A DNA stretch of 53,417 nt, counting the filler, from Squatina squatina (taxonomy: Eukaryota), in the NCBI GenBank assembly GCA_031763465.1. It is 3 parts of 3 records of this genome, joined end to end, with 100 filler letters (N's around TTAATTAATTAA, not from the genome) between each part and the next. Parts side by side here need not be neighbours in the genome. Positions count along the whole stretch, not along the records: positions 1 to 16,387 come from JARFOE010000235.1; positions 16,488 to 35,073 come from JARFOE010000115.1; 1 more part is not named here. The stretch is one strand, 5' to 3'. Positions within the stretch are counted from its first letter, which is position 1, and each line of letters opens with the position of its first letter. The position numbers were made by a program, and so were the translations under genes. Shown here piece after piece: positions 12,789-23,311 of the stretch. The notes beneath the pieces were generated by a model. It was given only the letters and a program-made list of their open reading frames with translations. It ran no database searches and was not told the DNA's origin.

Positions 12789-13301
12789 CTTATAGTATCG
12801 AGCAGCTTCATTGATGGGATAAACTCGATGGTTCTTGTGCTTGTTTGAGTCCCTGCAGATTAGGCAAATTAACTCTTGGTCATCTTCACAAAAGAGCTTC
12901 AGCTTCTCCTTGTGCTGAGGACACATGTCGTAATCCTTGGGGTAAAAGCCAAGTGAAGAGGCATCTGGGCTCAACGACCAAAGAAGCACAATTACAAAAA
13001 TGAGGATGACGAGAAGCAGGAATCCAAAATTATTGTCTCCACTTGACTCGGTTTCTTCCGAGCTGTTCTCTTTCTTTGACTGAAGTATCTCGACCACACA
13101 GGCCAGCGTGCGATTAGTTCTCAGTGTGCCTGAGGAATACTGTCGACACAATGGGCAGATGGATGTCTCCTCCCTGTCCCAATACTCTGTTATACAGGGT
13201 CTGCAGAAGTCATGTTCACACTCTGTGGTGACTGGATCTTTAAATGTATCCAGACATATCGAGCATGAGAACTGGTTTCTGATGTCGTCTTCGACAGACA
13301 T
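12789..13301 (-). CDS. TRIM first coding exon: C3HC4 RING, hydrophobic segment, B-box2 (TRIM35/39/RFP-like class IV)
   Basis: Kozak context gcaccATG. RING CSIC-x11-CEH-x2-CRPC-x12-CPLC. B-box CPQH-x7-CEDD-x4-CLIC-x5-H-x2-H. The exon ends EAARYYK|gtaact at the usual position. Confidence 0.93.
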
Positions 13302-13495
13302 GGTGCGAGTTGAGCTGTGGTAACTTTAGCAGCTTAGTGCTGACTCGCTCTTCCTGCTTCCAGTCTTCCAATTCCANNNNNNNNNNNNNNNNNNNNNNNN
13401 NNNNNNNNNNNNNNNNNNNNNNNNNNNNNNNNNNNNNNNNNNNNNNNNNNNNNNNNNNNNNNNNNNNNNNNNNNNNACTGAGACCACCAAAATCA

Positions 13496-13813
<318 letters not shown>

Positions 13814-14145
13814 TCAGATTACCCACCTGGAAGGATCCCAGGGCAAGATCAAACACCAGCCGGAAGTAGACGTTCAGATGGTCAGGGACAAATACAAAGA
13901 CAATGTAGTTGACCCCAAATAGTGGGATGAGGAGCAGAGTGGACTTGGCCAGTCTCCTTTTAATATAAGAAATGCAACAGTTAATTCAAAACAGTTTTGG
14001 ATCTCACTTGCGGAAGAAATTATTTGACATAAATTAATAAAGAGGCTCTTCAACCTGCTGCACTTCGTCAAATGGGAAAGGAGCCTCCAGGAATGTACCA
14101 ATCAGAGAGGAAGTTACTAATACTTATGTCAAAATATACAGAACA

Positions 14146-14157
14146 GAAAATGAAACT
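14146..14157. promoter_or_regulatory. Candidate interferon-stimulated response element (ISRE) upstream of the TRIM
   Basis: GAAAATGAAACT is an exact match to GAAANNGAAACT, with CCAAT (14098) and GGAAGT nearby. It is separated from the TRIM ATG by one 100-N gap. Confidence 0.5.
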
Positions 14158-14541
14158 CTGAAGGCCTGGCAAAAGTCCACCGCTTTGGATCTCCTCTCTG
14201 CTGATGTCACTAACAGAAGGGGCTTGCTGGGCCCTGGGGTAGCTCCACTTATTTTACAAAGGTCGGCCTCGGAGCTGAGCCAGGGAAGGCCGACCCTGGG
14301 AAAATATCTACCAGTTGGGTTTTTGTGTACTTTGACAGTAGTCCTGGGTTTGGGGAGCTCCTATTTGGGTGCCAGATTGATGTCAAATAGCGTTAATTTT
14401 AATGGATGGAAGATCATGCGGGCCGGGGCGGGGGGGTGCGNNNNNNNNNNNNNNNNNNNNNNNNNNNNNNNNNNNNNNNNNNNNNNNNNNNNNNNNNNNN
14501 NNNNNNNNNNNNNNNNNNNNNNNNNNNNNNNNNNNNNNNNG

Positions 14542-15087
14542 GAGCACGACGAAGAGGAGGGGGAGGAGTAAGTGGAGGAGGAGGAAGTGCAACAGGAAGT
14601 GGAGGAACAGGAAGAGGAAGGGAGGCTACAAAGTAGACATTCCCTTTCTGCCCAGGTTCTACATGATGAAATAATTAATGAGCAATACCAGTAACCTCAA
14701 CCACAAACTCCCCAGTTACCAATTGGCCCACGCTCCTTACTTTTCCTCTATTACTGACTATCACACCACCCTCTTTCCGACAACACAAAAATAAAAACCA
14801 TCAGAAAATGCACATTCCAATTGAAATCCAAATTTATAAGTTCAATCGTGATATCATCACACAAAAATAAACTAATCATCCTTGTGCATTCCTTTAGTGC
14901 CTGTCTTACGTGTGCCTTTGCCTCATCTAGATCTCCTACGATGTTCTTTCCCAGTGGCTGCACCATTGGTGGTGGAGGACTGCTGCATCAATTGAGAAGA
15001 CTGCAGATGGCTTTGGAGGATGACCTCGAGCAACTCTGGGCCTAGAACGTCCGGCTTTAGACTGTACCATCTCTGCATGGGCAGCAG
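14542..15087 (+). mobile_element. Possible PIF/Harbinger transposon fragment (end of transposase ORF plus downstream sequence)
   Basis: 14542-14694 reads EHDEEEGEE*VEEEEVQQEVEEQEEEGR..SAQVLHDEIINEQYQ*, resembling the acidic tract plus terminal helix of HARBI1-type transposases. No catalytic residues are visible. Confidence 0.4.
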
Positions 15088-15356
15088 NNNNNNNNNNNNN
15101 NNNNNNNNNNNNNNNNNNNNNNNNNNNNNNNNNNNNNNNNNNNNNNNNNNNNNNNNNNNNNNNNNNNNNNNNNNNNNNNNNNNNNNNCCTGGGACTTCTA
15201 CAACCAGAAGGACTTCAGGTTGGTTCTCGGCTCATAGAACGTGAAGATGATCAAAAAGAATAGGAACATAGGAATTGCAAGACCAGGGGCTATCTAGTTC
15301 ACCTTCGACCTTCCTGGTAGTCATATGATACAATGCTAATGGAATTGCTGGGTGTC

Positions 15357-15781
15357 AGCTGTGACTCAGTGGGTAGCACTCTGAGGCAGAAGGTTGTGGG
15401 TTCCGGGTCCCACTCCAGGTACCTGAGTACATAATCTAGATTGGCATTTCCGTGCAGTACTGAGTGCTGCATTGTCGGGGGTGTTGTCTCTTGAATGAGA
15501 TGTTAAGCCAAACGTCTGCGTTGTCAGGTGGATGTAAAAGATCCCACTTGAAGAAGAGCTGGGGAGTTCTCCCCGGTGTCCTGGCCAACATTTATCTCTC
15601 AACCAACATCACCAAAACAGAAGGCGTGGTCATTTGTTTCACTACGGTTTGTGGGATCTTGCTGTGCACAAATTGGCTGCCATATTCCCTACATTGTAAC
15701 AGTGTCTAGCTTCAAATGTAATTCATTGGTTGTAAAGCACATTGAGAAGTCCTGAAAGGGTCCATATAAATGCAAGTCTTT
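15357..15781 (+). mobile_element. Near full-length SacSINE1/DeuSINE-like SINE
   Basis: tRNA-like head, a Deu-domain-like core (ggtggatgtaaaagatccc..gaagag..ccccggtgtcctggccaa) and the tail tatataaatgcaagtcttt-type end. Confidence 0.8.
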
Positions 15782-15918
15782 GCATTCATGGGGTGCTATG
15801 CAGTGGTTCTTTATTACCTATTGGTTGTTCAGGAGGTGATCGAGATCAACAAGGAAGGTGTTGGATCCTACTGTGCCGGGCTACTTTAACCAGCTCTTCC
15901 CTCCTTCTGATTTTCCAG

Positions 15919-16142
15919 AATCAAACAGTGCACAACAGTCACTATGGAGCAGCTCTTCACAGTGCACCACGAGATGGGCCACGTGGAATACTACCTTCAG
16001 TACAAGGATCAACCAGTCAGCTTCAGGAGTGGAGCCAACCCAGGCTTCCATGAAGCAATCGGAGACGTGATGGCGCTCTCGGTCTCCACTCCCACGCATT
16101 TGAAGAAAATCGGACTACTGGATAATATCGTGGAGGACGAGG
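15919..16142 (+). CDS. ACE: Angiotensin-converting enzyme internal exon with zinc-binding HEMGH motif (N-domain type)
   Basis: 224-bp exon with ttttccag|A and G|gtaaga. It encodes [69 protein letters not shown] indicates ACE rather than ACE2 (GANEGFHEAVG), and VTMxQL, YYLQ and KIGLLD indicate the N-domain. Confidence 0.95.
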
Positions 16143-16202
16143 GTAAGAGGGATGCTCGCGGTACAGAAAGATGAGTGACAGATCAGGCTCGGGCTTAAGG
16201 AT

Positions 16203-16322
16203 GACGGAAGCAGATCCAATAGTAACTTTCAAAAGGGACTTGGATATGTACCTGAAAAGAAAAACACTTGCAGGGCTACAGGGAAAAAGTAGGAGAGTGG
16301 AACTAATTGGGTAGCTTTTTTC
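16203..16322 (+). mobile_element. CR1-like LINE 3' fragment
   Basis: gaagcagatccaatagtaactttcaaaagggacttggatatgtacctg (EADxIVTFKRDLDMYL) followed by a CR1-type 3'UTR. Confidence 0.7.
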
Positions 16323-16387
16323 AGACGCTTTGCAACTCCGTAAAGTGGAGTAGACGGGGAGAAATTGGCAAGAGGCTCGTTAACCAG

Positions 16388-16487
16388 NNNNNNNNNNNNN
16401 NNNNNNNNNNNNNNNNNNNNNNNNNNNNNNNTTAATTAATTAANNNNNNNNNNNNNNNNNNNNNNNNNNNNNNNNNNNNNNNNNNNN
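16388..16487. other. Artificial assembly spacer N44-TTAATTAATTAA-N44
   Basis: Exactly 100 bp, with a six-frame stop linker at 16432-16443. Identical to the one at 35074. Confidence 0.95.
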
Positions 16488-16488
16488 T

Positions 16489-16640
16489 ACATCCATCTAG
16501 GCGGTGCCTCGGTTTAACGTCGCATCAGAAATACAGCACCTCTGACAGTTCAGCACTCGCTCTGTACTGCACTGGAGTGTCAGCCTAGATTATGTGCTCA
16601 AATCTCTGGAATAGGGCATGAACCCATGACTTTCTGACTG
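16489..16640 (-). mobile_element. 5' half of a SacSINE1/DeuSINE-like SINE
   Basis: The reverse complement matches the head region of the copies at 15357 and 48935. Confidence 0.7.
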
Positions 16641-16940
16641 CTGACAAAAAACAATATCCTCTGATTTCATAGCTTGTTGGTGCTGTCGCTATAATGGCTA
16701 GAACTGCGGTACTGGCCCTTTTTTTAAGGCACCACTGCTAATGGTTAATGAGTTGGGTCAGCACTAAAGGCACCAGTGCCAGTGGCTGAAATGGTTGATG
16801 GGTTGCACCAGGTACTAAATCAGTTGTCACTCCACTAGCGTCTTGACCTTTTTTTGTTCAGTTACAGTTTCTGCTATGTCCACGGATCTTTCCTGTTGCT
16901 TGGTGACTTTGAATAACTGCGATGGCTTTTGTAATCTCAG

Positions 16941-17132
16941 GTGGAACTCTCTATGGAAGACATAGAAACCATTTTGAACACATTGATATACGATGGGAAG
17001 GTGGAGATGACTATCATAGCTGCAAAGGAAGGCACTGTCGGTAGCGTGGATGGACAAATGAAGCTGTATCGAGCAGTTAATCCCATCATCCAGCCCACCG
17101 GCCTGATGCGGACACCTTGTGGGATGTGCCCA
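16941..17132 (+). CDS. POLR3F: RNA polymerase III subunit RPC6, internal exon (192 bp, phase 0/0)
   Basis: Splice sites ctcag|GTG and CCA|gtaagt. Encodes VELSMEDIETILNTLIYDGKVEMTIIAAKEGTVGSVDGQMKLYRAVNPIIQPTGLMRTPCGMCP, which includes the first two cysteines of the C-terminal Fe-S motif. Confidence 0.96.
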
Positions 17133-17514
17133 GTAAGTGTGCCCTCTTCTGGGTTTAGTAGAATGTTGCCTGTTTTAATTGTACTCTGAACATCCAGCTT
17201 ACTCCATCCCACTTGGGAGAGGGAAATGATTGGAGTTGGAGAACTACTGTTACTTTATCAATGCAGAGGATCCTCAACAGCCCAGTACCTTTACATTTAG
17301 CCACTGAATCAGATCAGGCAGATACAATAGTGTACAGTTCTACAGGCCTCAGTTATGCAGGTCATTTAGTCTAAAGATTTTTGTGGTTGATGCATTTCAG
17401 GGAATGAACTTTTTCCTCTTTGCTTTCTGTGCCTCTGTTTGGATTAGTTTGGGAGTTTATTTCTGTGTTACATGATCCATGTTATATATAACACCGTGTG
17501 ATTGATTTGACGAC

Positions 17515-17650
17515 TTATACCTATCTCTAACCTCCTCCAGCTCTGCATTCCTCCAGCTCTGGCCTCTCGTGCATCCCCACTTCCATCGCCCCACATTTGG
17601 CAACCGTGCCTTCAGCCATCTCGAATTTCCTCGCAAGCCTTTCTGTTTCT
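17515..17650 (+). mobile_element. L2 LINE 3' fragment
   Basis: ctctgcattcctccagctctggcctctcgtgcatcccc..ggcaaccgtgccttcagc corresponds to the LRSS..GxRAFS region of L2 ORF2. Confidence 0.65.
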
Positions 17651-17652
17651 CC

Positions 17653-17678
17653 CTCTCTCTCTCTCTCTCTCTCTCTCC
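17653..17678. repeat. (CT)n microsatellite
   Basis: Directly visible. Confidence 0.95.
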
Positions 17679-18864
17679 TCCTATCAGACTCTCCATATAT
17701 TAAGTCTATTTGCAGCTCTCTGGCCAGATGAGCATCGGGTTCCTGCTGCTCTGGCACCACCCAGCGCTACACCCTCAAACTCCCTAACTGGCCTCCCAGA
17801 GCATATATAGCTCTGCTGGTGCTTACAAAGAAGGACACGAGGCACCGTCTGTTCTGGGCTGCTGGCAGGTTGCTCTCCCAGGTCTGCAATGAGAGCAAAG
17901 GAACAACTGTTAAGATTGCAAGGCTTTAGGGCCCACCTTCAGAGCTAAAATTGCAAGACATTGGTGGAAGTGGGGGTGCAAAACAGGCGGTAACGAATTG
18001 CTCACCCCTGATTTTTGTTTCCATTGTTCAATGCTAATNNNNNNNNNNNNNNNNNNNNNNNNNNNNNNNNNNNNNNNNNNNNNNNNNNNNNNNNNNNNNN
18101 NNNNNNNNNNNNNNNNNNNNNNNNNNNNNNNNNNNNNNCTCTATTTGCTGCTAGCCTTTGTTTCCGCTGCCTTCCAATTTTGTTTACTACTTTCTGCCTT
18201 CCATTTCCAGCTTTGTTTCTCTCCCTTCTGAATCCCATCTCAGGTTCCCATCCCCCTGCCAACGACAGGACCAGCAGTGTAGCTCCTTAACCAATGAGAT
18301 GTAGAGATTGAGAAAGAAACATAGGATTGAACAGAGAAGAAGGGTGAATTGGAGTCAAATCAGGTATTGAAGAGAAATGACGGGAGGGCAAGAAAGATTG
18401 GATTAAAAGAGATAGAGAAAAGAGACAGAAAGGAAAAGTAAGAAAAAAAATTAAATTCAATTAAAAAAAAACTCTAACAACAATTTACAACATGTGAGAC
18501 TCAACAGTTTAAAATGCTCCCTTTCTGGGCAGGAGAAATTGATTGGTATTGCATTCACAATTATCATGTTGTTAAAAAGTTACTTAAATTGTTAACTATG
18601 AGCCCTAACTTTCTGTGGTGAGTTTAATGGGTAACTAATGTGTAAATCCAGCAAATTCTTAAAAATAACGAGAAGGCTAACAGCCAGATGCCGTCTGTGT
18701 GAAGCAAATGGTGGAGCAGCGTAAATCGACCAGAAAGTTCTAGAAACTCACAACACACGGTGTATCTCTTAATCCCCTGAATTTGCTGGCCGATTTATGC
18801 ATTATAAATGGTGTGTGTTATTAACAGGCCATTGTTTTTCCAGGTAGACTTGACTCACCTAACC

Positions 18865-19020
18865 ATTATCAGATTGCTGTTTGTGGGACCTTGCTCTGTG
18901 AAAATTAACTGCCGTGTTTCCAACATTACAACAGTGATTGCATTTCAAAAAGTACTACATTGGCTGTGAAGTGCTTTGGGAGGTCCTGAGGACTATAGAA
19001 ATGCAAGTGCTTTCTTATCT
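18865..19020 (+). mobile_element. 3' half of a SacSINE1/DeuSINE-like SINE
   Basis: attgctgtttgtgggaccttgctctgtg..gtgaagtgctttgggaggtcctgagg..aaatgcaagtgctttctt is shared with the other copies. Confidence 0.7.
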
Positions 19021-19446
19021 TTACGCAATAAGAAATAATTAATTGGATGTGAAGCATTTGAACTGTTTCTAAGAGATATGATAAAGTGCTGCATAAATTC
19101 AAGTTCATGTTAATATTCTGTAAGAAGAGTAGGTTTAACTGGCCAAATTTTTCTCATATCAAGCTTCTTATCCTGAAATTGAAATTATTTTTACTTGCCC
19201 ACTGAAAAAAAATTGGAAGCGAAGATGTTTACTGATAAAATGAACAAAAATATCTGCCTATAATTAAATTGCAGCAAGCACCCATAATGACCCACCTATT
19301 GACAGGAAGTAGCAGCACAAAGAAAAGTTACATTCTTTCATGCTGTGAAGAAGTGTAATGTTAATGAACGTTACTTGCCTCAGCTTTTGTTTCCCTTCCT
19401 GCTTTGCGGTATATGGATTAATAATGATAACTGCATTAGTCCAGCG

Positions 19447-19543
19447 TGTCCTTGGCAATAAACACTTCCGACACTTTGATTAAATGTCTCAACCTGCAGC
19501 CTCAGCACTTAATCAGCATAAGAGCCATTTATTGCCAAGGACA
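19447..19543. repeat. Nested inverted repeat (97-bp hairpin), possibly a MER135-like ancient palindromic element
   Basis: Perfect 16-bp arms at 19447-19462 and 19528-19543. Inner arms with 9/10 match at 19477-19486 and 19506-19515. Confidence 0.75.
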
Positions 19544-20854
19544 TTTGGGACAAGTGGCTTAAATGTACCTCCTAAGTAGATACGATGACAGCTTTAGAGC
19601 AGAATAGAAGCCTATGGTTTGTAGGAACTGGCACAGGACAATCGATGCTTAAAAAAAATATCGATTTTTTTTCTTATCTGATCTCCCCTTAACACAGCCA
19701 CATTCAAGTATTTGCCTTAACAATGTCATTCTCGATTGTAAAATTAATTTGCTTATACCTGGGACATTGGAACACATGATGTGACTGAGCTTTCATTATG
19801 TTATTGTCATTTTGCATTTGTATCTAAATTCGATTTTATACTGTACACCTTTTCATGCATCACAAGTTATAATTTGCAACAGATTTTACATTGAAATGTC
19901 ACCTCGAGTCACCTTAAATTAGATTGCGATGGTTTTGTACAAGATTTGTGTGTTGATGGACCTTCACATCTATAAAGGTTGACAGCATTATATGCTGGTA
20001 TATTTTTCTCCTTTAGAAATAAGCATTAAGGTTTTCCCCACAAATAGCACCAGCTCACCAATAACATCAGCTTGCAGCGAGTGCCTTTTAGTGTCGTGAG
20101 AAGATCCCACCTCACTCCACAAATTTGGTTTCAGGCTCAAGCCTGAGTAAGCGTAAGAGTTAGGGGAAGTGACCAAAGACCAAGGTAGGTATTTGAAGGC
20201 TCTTGAAGATGGGGAGAAGAATCTGTAAAGTGGAAGGGTTTAGAATGAGATGGCAGAAGGTCCTGCCACGGAAGTGGAAGGAGGGAGGAACATATGGNNN
20301 NNNNNNNNNNNNNNNNNNNNNNNNNNNNNNNNNNNNNNNNNNNNNNNNNNNNNNNNNNNNNNNNNNNNNNNNNNNNNNNNNNNNNNNNNNNNNNNNNTGC
20401 CCACAGCCAGCCGAACTCTCCATCTGACTGTCTGCCAGGGGGAAACAGATGCTCATCAGGTCTTGCCGTTAATTTTGGCAGGGTCTGCAGGAAACACGTC
20501 CTCCCGGGTTTCCTGACCGCTTCTGAGCCCCACCACCACCCCCATTCTCCCCACCCCCGCACTGCTTCCAATGCACCAAAGGATTAAAATTAAGCCCAAA
20601 ATAAAATCCCTTTAATTTCCCCTACCCCGTTGAATAAACTGCAAGGCTCAATGCAGAGACTATCAATGTAATTAATTTAAATTCTGCAGAGTCCGCTGAG
20701 CTCCCATCCATTTCGATAATGACTGTTCATCAATTTGAGTACAGAAATCTCAAGGTGAATGAGATTCGTGTGTGCTTTCACCTGTACATGGCAACAGAAT
20801 GGATAAGAGTTCCTGATAATAAATAACATAATGGAGCACTATTTGTATAAGATA

Positions 20855-21022
20855 TAGTTGGAAGAGATTTCTGCTCATGCAGTACTGGATGTCAGACAAG
20901 CAGAATGATAATTTAGAGACAGTGGAGAGGTCAAGAGAGGTAGTGGTGAGGTAGAGCTGGGTGTCATCAGCATATATGTGGAAACTAACACTGTGATTTC
21001 GGAGGATGTCATGGAGGGGCAG
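20855..21022 (-). mobile_element. L2 LINE reverse transcriptase fragment
   Basis: MLPLHDILRNHSVSFHIYADDTQLYLTTTSLD..CLSDIQ contains the L2 YADDTQLY motif. Confidence 0.9.
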
Positions 21023-21176
21023 CATAGAATCATAGAAATTTACAGCATGGAAGGAGGCCATTCAGCCCATTGTGTCCACGCCGACTGACAAAGAGCTGTT
21101 CCAGCCTAATCCCACTTTCTGGTTCTTGGTCCGTAGTCTTGTCAGTTAGTGCACTTCAAGTGCACATCCAAGTACT
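21023..21176 (-). mobile_element. CR1/HER1-like 3' end abutting the L2 fragment
   Basis: atagaatcatagaaatttacagcatggaaggaggccattcagccc is the reverse complement of a CR1 tail with a (ttctatga)n terminus. Closely similar to 35957-36175. Confidence 0.85.
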
Positions 21177-23012
21177 NNNNNNNNNNNNNNNNNNNNNNNN
21201 NNNNNNNNNNNNNNNNNNNNNNNNNNNNNNNNNNNNNNNNNNNNNNNNNNNNNNNNNNNNNNNNNNNNNNNNNNNNGCTTAGGAGGAGCATTCCTGCTCC
21301 GCTCAATGCCTGGTGCCAATATCTAATATTTTATTAAGGCTCCTATCTGTTTCGGGCATCCATTTTGAGGCCAGGCTAAAAATTGCGTTGGGTGAGCCTC
21401 AGGTAGCCAATGAGGAGGCAATTTATTTTTTCAGTTTTCAGCATCAGGTCGTGCCATTCTTCAAGTGCAAACGGGGCAGGTGGCAGTTGAAAATCATACC
21501 CCCTGCCATATGTTGTTAAATATGGTCAGTACATGTAACAGTAACTCTGTTTTCTGTTGGTTTTAACCCAATGAGTATGCCGAATTTCCCAAATGGCAAA
21601 CTGTAGCTGCAGAGATTGGTAAAGGTGAAATCACCCATGACCAGTGAGCCACAGCTGACACACCAAAGAGGTTGTTGGCATAGCTTTTCATGGTCCTGCT
21701 CTGGGCCAATGTTCGAATTGGGCCAGCTCTCTTCATGGGCACGTGCTCCTCCCATGTCCGATTTTCCTCTGCGCGTTGCATTTCTGTGATCCACCACCAC
21801 CCACAGCAGGGACAGGGAAAGCTGTCTCATCGATCTTAATCCCCCTCTTAATTCGGGGAATGTCTTCAAAAACTGGGCCTCTGCTTCGTGATTATCGGTT
21901 AACACAACGCCCAATAGATCTGACAAAGGCATTCTATGCTTAAGTTGAACAGGCAAAGGAAACTGTCCCGACGATAAGAGTTCTCCATGAATGTTCTTTC
22001 CCCGATTTGTGAGACATATAGCTCAGAAGCACGGCATGAGTGATAGAATGTCAGTAATGTACTCTCAATGGGACAAGATTATGCTTTCCTTAGATGATTC
22101 ATTTTTTTTTTACACATTTTAAATGTCTTTTGGAATTGGACCAGTAAGTAATAATTCATGGCACTAAATTTGTGTTTTTAATTCCACTGACAATTAATTA
22201 TTTCACTGGGCACAGAAATTGCAGTTTGTAACACAGTTTCTATATTCTGTTGGATGAGAGAAAGAAAGTGTGATTCCATAATCCAGTAGTTCCACAATGC
22301 GTATCATTGGAAATCACAAGCATNNNNNNNNNNNNNNNNNNNNNNNNNNNNNNNNNNNNNNNNNNNNNNNNNNNNNNNNNNNNNNNNNNNNNNNNNNNNN
22401 NNNNNNNNNNNNNNNNNNNNNNNAGAGGCACGCCACTCAGCTCTGACTTTCAGTAGTCAATGGCACTGCTTCCCAAGGAGCAAGACTGTGGAAGAAAGGA
22501 AGCCATCGGAGATGGACCTATTTAAGCCGGGAGCATTCATTTCCGCTGAAACAAGCAAGCCTTTGTTCTCTTGGGCAGTGGGTTTCCCAGTGCATTCAAA
22601 AGTGCTGCTGGAAGCGTTGTGCCTGTGTGGTCAAGGTTACTGCCTGCAACAAGATGGTTACCATGGCAGGGGGAAAGGCTCCATCCAACACTGTCGCTCA
22701 ATTGAATCGCAAAGAGTATGTGTCATCTGTTCAGGTTCAATGGATCTCTGGAAGGACACATTTCTTTTTTATTCTTTTAAACAAAGAATAATTACTTCCC
22801 CTCAGTACTTTGAATCAAAGCGGGCCTCAGCTTTCCAAACACGCTGGTTAATAAAATCCCCTGAATTTGCTCAGTTTAAGAAACAAAACTTGTGAGGGAA
22901 AGGGTGGGTGGTAGGCTAGTGTATAGAGCTCTACTACTCCTTTCAGACTGTCCCTGGTTAAGGCAGATTTTTTCCCCTTTTTTTTACCAAGTTTGGATCG
23001 AGGGATGACTTT

Positions 23013-23311
23013 GGGCCTGAAATTACGATCTCCCCAGGCGGGAACGATGTTCCCACGCACCCGGGGAGACATTGCAAAAGCCGGTTATGGGGCTGTCAAT
23101 CGTAGGCCCGCATAACTGGCATTTGCGATCTCTCCAGAAACCTCTGGAAAGATCCAACGCCGAGGCTGGGAAGACCATCCCCAGCACAGAACTTTGCGAT
23201 ATTTTTGCAACGTTTTCTGTTGGGGATCTCTTGAAATTTCTTACGTTTGTTAAAACCAAGTGTATCTGCTTGGTTTTAACATCGTAAGAAAGGTTTAAAA
23301 AATTTAATTAA
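23013..23311 (+). mobile_element. Probable terminus of a non-autonomous DNA transposon (CpG-rich, hairpin-bearing)
   Basis: Begins gggcctgaaatt with an abrupt rise in CpG content and a hairpin at 23029-23069. It runs into a gap, so the second end is not seen. Confidence 0.4.

Noticed and set aside
15357-15425. tRNA gene-like sequence (also 12585 and 28170-28312)
   Set aside because: Decayed A and B boxes without a cloverleaf, continuing into SINE bodies.
21516-21956. 146-aa minus-strand ORF
   Set aside because: No recognisable domain, non-ATG start and no convincing splice sites.
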